A DNA stretch of 62,911 bases, counting the filler, from Streblomastix strix (Eukaryota): assembly GCA_008636045.1 (NCBI GenBank). It is 2 parts of 2 records of this genome, joined end to end, with 100 filler letters (N's around TTAATTAATTAA, not from the genome) between each part and the next. Parts side by side here need not be neighbours in the genome. Positions count along the whole stretch, not along the records: positions 31,534 to 62,911 come from SNRW01000082.1; 1 more part is not named here. One strand, 5' to 3'. A program made the translations under genes and the position numbers. Each line of letters starts with the position of its first letter. Position 1 is the first letter of the stretch. The notes beneath the pieces are model-generated. The model saw only the letters and a list, made by a program, of their open reading frames with translations. It searched no databases and was not told where the DNA came from. This document shows positions 52,607-62,911 of this stretch, in pieces.

Positions 52607-55600
52607 ATGCTATTAGCACCACTAAGCTTGGAGAGAAGGCAGTAGATGCGTTTTCGAGAATTCAATGATCTTAACTTTGATCATCATCAATTTGCGGCTG
52701 AGCGTGCTGAATATGAAAGGTAAAATGCTCGCTCATAATCTCTGCAGACACACCGACGTTTAAATCAGAAAGGGTTATTATCAAAAGACTATGAATTTGT
52801 GTGTTTTTATTTATATTATTTGTACAAAAATTATTAATTAAAATTTAATAAAGAATTTGCATCAGAATGAAAAACTCACTGCCGTTGTCATCGCACTCAA
52901 AGAATCTACTTCGGATAGCATATTTCATAATATTCACCAGTTAAGATTATTTATCTCTGGAGGTTTGCTTATTCACTCTTTATGCAATTAAAATGATAAA
53001 AAACATTTTCTTTTTTTCTATCTTTTGTTTGATTTATCACAGTTCAGGTACCTCCAATCGACTTACTTGTCTAACTTGACGCTATTAATTATTGCTCATA
53101 ACTTATTTCTCACTTTGATATGAATGTCCAATTTGAAGCTGTGTGGGTTATTGCTAATATTGGTATAAATATAGTGTTTTTTTACTGTTTTTTTATTTTT
53201 AATTATTTTATTGATCATTAAATATTATTCTAAAAAGCTTCTGGCAGTGACGATCATTCACGTGCAATTTGCTTCTAACCATGCTTCCCTTCTATCATAA
53301 AACTGGCTGACAAATTAATTGCATCTGCTGCTGAAGCTACAAATCGTACATTACGAAGCAAATCAAAACCATCAATCATTGGTAATACTGATACAACAAA
53401 TTCACCTTCAAACTTAAATTATCCTCTTCCTATTTTACTTTGTGAAGTGTGTCTCTTGGTTGTGGGAAATATTGCTGGATCTAGTCGAGATTTGAGGCGA
53501 TATGCTCGTCGACTAATTGTGAGTAGGTGTGAATGAATTATTTATCAGTTCAAATTAAAAATAAGTTAATAAATAATTATATTATTTGAATCAATAATAT
53601 ATTTCCTTTTATTTCACAGTATTGAACTTAATCAGAATCCACTCATCCAGAACAGAACTAAGAAAGAGACAACCTTGTCTATTGTATCCCGTGTATTAGA
53701 GAGAGCAGTTCGTGGTGTATCTAGAGAGATTGAATTGAAGGAAGAAGAAGAAGAAGAAGATATTGAAGGAAATGAGGAATAATAAGATGAAGATGAAGAT
53801 GAATATGAAGATGATGATAATATAAATATAGATGAATAAATTATGAAAGAAGAAGATGAAGAGAATGTATTTGTATCAACAAATTAAACGTAAAACATAA
53901 TGAGGAGAAAAAGAAAAAGAATTTTTAATATTTTTGATTGGTAAATGAGAAAGAATGAAAAAAGTAAAATTAATTCCTACATCAAACTAATTCGTATTAC
54001 AACATGGGCTATTTCAAATTTAGCTACTTGGCTCGATAATAGTTTGAAAATCTTAAAAGAATATTGAAAAATATTAACTTATTTTATATTTAATATTTTA
54101 TTCTAATTACCATATATTTGAATGACCTTACAACATTATCAACAGATAAACTTGATAATATTCTTGATCAAATGGGAAATTATGAATTTGATTCCGATTC
54201 AGGTATCAATGAAGATGAATAAGATGATTCTGATTTGTAGTAGGATACAAATATAAACAATATTAATAATTACTCAGAGGAATAAAAATTGATTTAAAAA
54301 GTAATAGAAAGAGAATTAGAATAAGAAGATGAAGAAGATGATGAAGAAGATGAATATGATGGGAGTGAGGATGATGAAGATTATTCAGGAGATAAAGAAG
54401 AAATTTTAGAATAAAAATAAAAGTTTGGATAATATGTATAAATACAATAACAACAACGTATTATAATAAAAATTAATATTATTATTATTATTATATATTT
54501 ATCTATATTTTATTTCTTTTATTATATAAATATAATAATAAATAAATAAACAGAGATTTTCTTTCTCTTATCAATCCATTGTGCTCTGTGTTAATTGGCT
54601 GGGAAAAAGAAGAGAGAAAAATAACCAATGCAAAAATGTAAGAGAAAATGAACAGTGAAATATTAAATAAGAATAATGAATAAGATAAAGAAAAAGATAT
54701 TAGGTAAAAGAGACAGGATTCCAATGAGGAGCTTAATAAAAGAAAGATGTAGATGTGTGAAATATGAAGAATTAAATATTGTTGTAATATATATTTAAAT
54801 ATAAATTAGAAATATTATTTAGTAATTGATTATTTTACTTTTTTTTTTATTCATATCTGTATAATTTTTATAAATTCAAATAATGCATAATTTTAGACTA
54901 AATAGAAGAAGAGATGCTTAATCATGTGAAGAAGCATTGAGAGCACTTAAATATTTAATTCAAAGATATTAACAGAAAGCTATAGAAGTATGATAGAAAA
55001 ATAATATTGAACAGTATTAAATAAAATATAAGATAGAAAAATATTTTAATATCAATATCTTTTTATTATTTGTTTTTCAATGCTTACTATACATATTTTA
55101 ATATAATATAGATAATTATTTAGTCTGGTGTAATTCCACATATAATATTAATGATTGGGACAGAAGAATAAGGATAAATAATGATAGAAGATGGAATAAA
55201 TGAGAAAGGAGGTAAAATAATACGCAATTTATTTAATATGAATTGTAGATTTATTATTTTATTTATCTTATTCTATCATTTACACTTCAGAAACTGTAAT
55301 GGTTGATTATAAATTGGCTTTTCGAATCTCATTTCGATCATTATGCTTAATTACAGAAATTATTAATTGTGGAAGTGTTGATTAACTCGGATGCCTTAAT
55401 GTTTGAATCGATTCATATATATAAACTAATTTGAATTTTTTTTAACTTAATTATTTTATATTTCTTTTTAATTATTTATATTCAATTTTAGATTTTAATC
55501 AATTGTGGTCTCATTTAGTAAATAGAATAGTTGTTATATAGATGGGGATATTAATTGAGTGGGTAATAAAGAATAAATTAAAATTAAATTAAATTAAATA

Positions 55601-57666
55601 TTGAAAAATAAATATAAATATATCAGGATAATAATGTCTTAGAATAATAAAAGATGGATAATATTCGCCAAATTAGAAATTCAAGTATGATTTCGTTTAA
55701 AATTTTATATTCCTAACTATTAATTTTTTCTATTTAACTTTGTCTACTATTTTTCTCTATTTAAGCATATTTTGAAATATTTCACTGCCAATAAATTCTT
55801 TTGGGTAATTTTATTCTTAAAGAAGCATTCTTCTTAATTAGTAATATATGCGCTTATTCTGAAATTAATTAAGAGTAGAAAGATAAAGTAGAATAAATTG
55901 GGAAAGATAACAAGATAGATTTATAGGAATAATTTAATAATCAAACACAAAATTCGAATTAACTTTCAAATCTAAATTTACTGTACAATGGGGTATGGAA
56001 TCCTAAAATTTCTAGGAAATAAGATGAAGAGTTTGAAAAGCGAAAATAAATTAATAGTTTTGTTGATTATCAATAGCTTTTACAAAATCCATAATAATTG
56101 TAATAATAAAATTAATAGTCAACTTAATCATAAGTTTCATATTCTTCAACATCATCAGCTTTTTCAACACAAAATCCAGGATATAATTCTTCTTTATCTA
56201 ATTAATAATAACCATTTTTAAATTAATAACAACAGAATCAATTATTATAATCCTTATTTTCAAACACAAATACCAATTTAAATCCCAATTTAATACCAAT
56301 TTATCTTCAACTAAATCCACTTCAATTGGTTATTAAGAGTAAAATACTTCCATATTGCGCTGCTATTCTGACTGGGGAGATGAGAAGAGTTGCTGTTGTT
56401 GTAAGAGTCGCTGAAGAGCAAATTGAAAGAGATTTGAATATTGAAGAATAAAAAAGAGATCAATAATAGTAATTATAGTAAATAGAAGAAAAAGGTGTAA
56501 ATTTATTATAAACAATACATTCATCTGCTAAATTAAATGCACAATCTTCCTCTTCAATTCCTACTCAACATCCATCATAATTTTTAATTCCTTATTCATT
56601 TCCAATTATTCCTTCATTGTCATTTTCATCTTCTCCTTCTTCTCTTTTCTCTTATTGTTCTTCTTTTCCTCCAAACTTCCTTCCTCATAAAATATGTAAA
56701 TAAATTGGTCACAAAATTAAGGCAAATTTCTTGTGGATTTTTACAAATGCGCTCATACCTAAAGTTTCTAAATAAGAAATTTAGACATTTTAACAGAATT
56801 AATAACAATTATCGTAATTATTATAACAATCTTAATATTAATAATAATAATTATTTTCATTTCCTCTTCATTATGATTATTTTACATATAATAACTTCTC
56901 TGCATATATGTTATCAATTGTATTTTTGCTTCTCAAAGAAGCTATTTATGAAAAGGGAGATGTTGTTATAACAATTCATTCATTGAATGCAATTGCCATG
57001 GTTCTTCATGGGGAATAAATTGCTCTCAAAGAAAAAGAAAATGAAGGAGTAAATAAGGGAACAATGGATATTGATGAAGAAAAAGAGGATAAAACTGAAT
57101 TAAAATCTCAGTAACCATCATTACATCCCCAGATAATGACTAATTCATTTTTATCAGCCACAAACTCATTTTCTCCCACATTCTCACCGTAGACATCTCA
57201 ACTTCATTCATATTCTTGTATTGAAGCTGCTCGTAAATGCGGGCTTGATATTCTTCTAAATATGATGGCCAATGGAAAAACGCCTTTAACATCAAAACCA
57301 AGGTTAAGATAGAGAGAGGAACAGAGAATGAAAAATGAGTAGTTGAATATATGGAAAGAGAGATAAATACATTAAGACTTAGAAGATGATTAATTAAATG
57401 ATAAAGAGAATTATGGAGATCAAATAAGTGTCTAAGAAAAGAAAAGGAATACAGTGAATGTTGGAGGAGGCAAAATTGGTGCTCAGATTAGAGAAAAAGC
57501 GAATAAGATATATTTCAAATATTTTGCTGATCCCGTTGATGAGTTAATTACACAGCAAGAAGATATGGGAAATTGTTAAATAGATGAGAGCATCGAACAG
57601 TAAGTAAAAGGAGTTGATGGTGCATAAGAAATTAAGCTGAACGCTTTTGATTTATTTGGTATATGA
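52607..57666 (+). CDS. Divergent importin-alpha-like ARM-repeat protein, multi-exon, with long insertions
   Basis: PPIDLLV, VQFEAVWVIANIASGS, VVGNIAG, TWAISNL, KEAFFLISNICA and IREKANKIYFKYF. Confidence 0.8.
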
Positions 57667-57879
57667 TTGTAAATTTTTTACTTTACTTGATAAAACAATA
57701 AAGTTGCTATTCATAAAACCAAATCAGATTAAATTATTAAAAAAAATGTTAAGATTACAATTTTGTAAAAATAAAATAAATTAAAAAACAAAAAATTTTA
57801 AAAAAAATAAAATTATAAAAGTTGATATTTCTATAGTTGCTAATAAATAAAATGTTTAAAGACAATATGGAGATTAATT

Positions 57880-60800
57880 TCAAATATCTGAGTGCATATC
57901 TGAAATATTTGTAATTTGTTATTCCATTTTTTCATTATTAGCATCTTCTTATGTATAATTATTCTCGGTTTGGTTGTCAAACTTGAAAACAGACTTAACA
58001 AAAGCAACATCTTAATCCAAAAAGTGATGATCAAATAAACGAGTCAATGTTTTTCGAACTGTATTTTGAACAGCTTCTCGTTTTCCTGAAAGTGATCGAA
58101 GTTCATCTAAAAGTAATGTCAATCTCTATCTCAATATAATATGATCTTCTATATGATGATTTGCCTTCTCTATATCATATTCTTTCTCTTCCATCTCTTT
58201 ATCTTCTTCATTAAATGTTTTCTATACACTTCCAATTAAAACATCAAATAATTATATAACAGTACCAATTTAATCATGTCTTTTCATTGCATTAATTATT
58301 TGCTCTCCTTAATCCATAATTATCTCTCTTTATTTATCCATCTTAATATGTCCTGTTCTCATTGATGGTAATAAAGCCATTTCTTTCTCATTCTCAAGAT
58401 ATGGCATCAGATCAATAAGTCTTTGAGATTAATTAGTTCTATCTTGCATACTAAATCCCCATGGTAATGCTACCAATATCATCGTTCCTATTCAATTATT
58501 AAATAATATAAAAAGTAAAATAAGATAATAGAAAAATTACACATCACACTTGTTTATATAATTATAAGATTAGTCGATAATTAATAATTAAATATAAAGT
58601 ATATGGAATATAAATATACCTAAAATAGTAATACTAAAACAAACAGCGATAATAATGAGTACTGTTTAAGAATCATTTATAGAATCCTCTCCCTATTTTT
58701 CTATATCAGAAGTGAGTTAATTAAATCCCTCCCGAAGATCATTTCGAATCGCAGTTACCAAATATCTGACATACCTGTTTTTCTCGTCAAGTTGTTATGG
58801 ATTCATATGAACCATTAATTCCAAATAAAATCTCATACGAACAATCAGTTCTTGAAGACCAAAAATAGGTAACTCAACACTGTAAATGCGATCTGGTGAG
58901 GCCTCATCACAAGGCACAGTAGTTAAAAAACAATCAGACTATTTAAAGAGAAGATCAGCATTCAAGTTATAATCCATTCTTTAAGTTTTGATACTGGAAA
59001 GATGATGATCAGTAATGGCAGAATACTTATTGGTTCCATAATGTACATTCATTAGAAGCTTTAAAAAATGATTTGAAAGTTAATATGCCGTTTAAAGAGC
59101 TAATTTTCTATCTGTTGTAGTGTGTGTATCATCGGTCCAGACTATAAAATAAAAAATAAATAGAAATAGATATATTTAAATTATAGTAAGAATAATTATG
59201 GATATATTGATTCAAACAAACAAATAAGTAAATAAATTACATGCCTGCATTGGCAATACTTGGAAATACAATGTTTTTGATTGGTTTCACACATTTAAAA
59301 TCGCAAATTGTTCTATTTAATATTAAAGTAGATAAATTGAGTAATTAAGAAAAATCATTTATAATAGAAAAAAGAAAAATAAAATAACTTATGAGATATT
59401 ATTAAATAAAGATAATTAAATTCAAATAATATTATATTTTATACTTAAAATTCTTACCTCAATATGAAATATGATGACTGCTATAAAACTGGAGATCGTA
59501 ACCCAGACAATATAACAACAGCAGATGTTTATTAGTTATAGCTCACATATATAACTACAATAATAATATAAGTTATTATTGCTACTAATGAAACACCACC
59601 TGTAATAATCATATATATGTAATCAAATAGTATCATTGGATTTGGAAATTAATCGTAAGATTTTTGAAGGTGTTCAATATCATCATGAAATTTTTCAACC
59701 CATTTATTATCTTCTATTTCATCTCTCACATAATTATTTTGTACTTCGTTGGATATTAAATCTTTATTTCCTCCTTATTCTTATTTATTATCATTATTTT
59801 ATTTACTATTTTAAAAAATTTCCTTTTTCTTATCCAATTTATAATTCTATTAATTCAATTCGGTTTTATTCTTGTGATTATCTTTATTTTTCCCTTTTTA
59901 ATTATTTTTCATTTCATTTTTTCCCTAATTGTTAATTTCTTATTCCTCTTAATCCTTAATGTTCTTTTTATTTTTATTGTGCTTTTAAGATATAAATCCA
60001 TATTTTTTTATTTTATCTTTATCTGTTTTATCTTATTTATATTATATTAATTATATATTAAAATCCTCTTTCAATTTTCTTTCTTCTTTCTTTTTCTAAT
60101 ATTTTTGCTCTTTCTTATCCATATCCAAATTACTGCTCATATCTTTAAATAATTCTTCTTACTATTTTTTAGGAGAATCAAATTTAGATGGGTTATAAGA
60201 GATATTTGAATTTGAGTTAAAAAATGAATTTTAGTTTCCTAATGTGCTAGTTCCTGTCTTTATTCCACCAAAAGCGCCATTAAATGGTTATTTAAACTGA
60301 TAATTTTGTTAATGTGGATATGTGAAAGAATTAGTAATAAAAGGTACTTAAAATATATTCCTGTTTGGAGGATTATACGGTAAAACTTGCAATGAAGATT
60401 AAGGAAGTATATTTCCAAATTGAGGATTAGGCAATTAAATGTTAAACTCTGGAAGTTATAAAGGCAATTAAGGAAATGATTATTAAATGGGAAGTGTTTT
60501 CAGGTTTTCTTTTTCATTTTTATTATCAATATTAAATTCATTCATTTCATTTATTATTTCATTTCCTTTTAAATTTAATAAATCTAATTTTTCATTTGAT
60601 ATTCCTTATGAATTTAAATCAATTGATAAAATATTTCTCAGTTTTTCGCCGTCTTCAATAGATTATTAATTTGATATTTTATCTGAAATAATTAATTTAT
60701 TCTATGGTTAAGTTTAATTAAAAATTGGCAAAATATTTAATTCTGGAAAATTTAGTCCAATATCATTAAAAGGTTAAATGGTAAGTGGTTGATTCATAAT

Positions 60801-62911
60801 ATTTGCGTTTTTACCAATTTAAATACTATTAATGTTATTTAATTTGAAATTGGAGTTAGAGGAAAGATTTAAATTTTCATTTGATGGAACAGCAGGAATA
60901 TCAGATAAATATTATGAAAATATCTTTTTCTCCTTTCCTTCTAAATCTTAAGAAATATGCTGTTGATATTCTATTTAATGAATTTTATTATTGTTTTGTG
61001 ATTAATCATTATTCATTTATGTTTCTTTATCTTTTGTATTATCCATTAAATTTATTATGTTTTCTGAATCAAAATCAAGTCCTTTAATTTCAATTTAATC
61101 TCCTATTCTTCTATCATGATCAATTTATTCTACATTCAAATCCTAATCTATTTCCTACTCATGTTTTTCACAATTCTACTGATCTTATTTATCATTTAAT
61201 CCAAGTTTCATATCTGCAAAGTCATTGTTAGCATTTATAGTACTATATTAATCTCCTTCTCCATTCTCTTCTTGAAGGATTCTACGGATCACTGATTGCA
61301 TTCGAGCTTTTGGAACATCAAACAGTTGTATCATCACTTCATGTCTATTCCTAATAACCTTCGTTGATCAATTGTATAATAAAATAAATTTTGATAAGAA
61401 AAGAAAACGTATTTAATATTGAAAATATATATTCTTAAACAAATTCAAAATTAAAAAAAAACATTATAATCAATATAAAAAATACCTTGAGTGTAACTGC
61501 AACAAACATCCATATCATCAAAATAAGAATAGTAATAAGGAAAAAAACTATATTTTAGAAGAATATATATTAAAAAAATATGTAATTTACTTAAAAAAAG
61601 CGAAGTTGAATAATTAACTATTTTTCAACAGTAATAAAAAATATTTATTTAAACTTTATATTAAAACTTGTATAATTATTATTTGATTAGATAAGTTATT
61701 TGTTTCCTCATGATATCTGATCATTGCTTTCTTACATGAAGAAAAAACAGGTTAAATTGAGTTGAAAAGAATATATTGAAGATCAGAGTAGAAAGTTCTA
61801 ATCTCTTCGTTTGGCTTTTATGAACTTAACAATCCAAGTTATCTTGATTTCTATGCAAGTTATGTTAACGATTAAAGTAGATTTGATAAAGAAAGATCTT
61901 ATGAAATCATTATTGGCTCATTATTATATTCAATTTAACTTATTTGATCAAAATTTGTTCTTTAAACATCAAATACATAAATATGAACATCATTTACCTA
62001 AAATAATATAAATATAAGTTTTTAAAAGTATGTAAAATAGTATTTATAAAATAAAATATTTTTAATTAGTAGTATTATTAAATAATCTATCTTCTCATAA
62101 TATAACACCTCCCAAGGATCTGTTACTTGTGTCTAATCATATACATTTTATACAACATTTGTTATTTTGTCAGCATCTTATATAAAAGACTGTTTCAGGT
62201 CATGCCAAGGTTTTATTGTTTCTGGTTTGCCATCATTAATGCCCGGATAAGAAAAGTTGTATTCTAGAAGATAATTAAAAAGAGTGAGTATATAATAAAA
62301 ATCGTTCAATTAATATAAAAAATGAATATATGAACACACTAATATCATTGAATAATGTTACTAAGCAATAATTAGCTAAATGAGTTTCGTACTAAATCAA
62401 GTGGCAAACTTAAATAAGATTATTAAGTCGTGAGATAAATTAATTAGACTGAATTAATTTAAATATATATTAAAAAAAATAAAAAAATATTAATAAATAA
62501 ATTTATATTAAATGAAAATAATAATAAAATATATAATTAATTTCATACCCCCATCATAAACAAAATAGTTCCAATAATTAATGAAATAATTGTAAGTGAA
62601 TATGATATAACAATAATCAATATTATCAATTTCTTCATAATATCATTCTATAAATTCAATCCTCCACCTTGTATCTACGTAATTATATTTTCATCAGTAT
62701 TTCCTTATCCTCTTTTCTTTTTCTTATTTTTTCTATTCTTCTTAACTGACTTTGATTTTATACTCAACTCACTCTTTATTTATCCATTAATTTAATCTCC
62801 TTTCATTTCTTCAAATCCTTTTCTCTCCACATCTCCATCTTTCTTCTAATATGAATGAATTGATAGATCAACATCATTACCTGCATTTAATCCAACTCCA
62901 CTTATTGTATT
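57880..62911 (-). CDS. Multipass membrane protein with a C-terminal hemerythrin-like domain; 5' end beyond the window
   Basis: Several hydrophobic TM exons and Cys-containing extracellular loops. The last exon reads SMRTGHIKMDKQR..TFNEEDKEMEEKEY..HHIEDH..DHHFLDQD. Confidence 0.75.

Overview
This is very AT-rich eukaryotic DNA that uses a reassigned genetic code: TAA/TAG read as Gln and TGA is the only stop (translation table 6). The supplied standard-code ORF track is therefore mostly fragments or antisense shadows. The code, short GT-AG introns and gene content fit an oxymonad-like protist such as Streblomastix, which is an inference. Bases 1 to about 16.4 kb are an intron-free, gene-dense, partly decayed endogenous Polinton/Maverick-type DNA virus. 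It encodes a protein-primed PolB, an rve integrase, probable major and minor capsid proteins, an A32-like packaging ATPase, a KilA-N protein, two phage-tail-fibre-like proteins and a 70-aa protein resembling the membrane-lytic helix of adenovirus protein VI. It is also peppered with short repeated palindromes and micro-insertions. Next come scraps of a second such element, a pogo-type transposon with TIRs and TA flanks, and a hAT-like TIR element carrying an intron-containing gene fragment. Host genes include a Tudor-plus-bromodomain protein, SRP14, a CDK11-like kinase, an importin-alpha-like protein, a ~14 kb giant gene and a multipass membrane protein with a C-terminal hemerythrin-like domain. 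An artificial N44-TTAATTAATTAA-N44 linker at 31434-31533 joins two contigs. All translations were done by eye, with no database searches.
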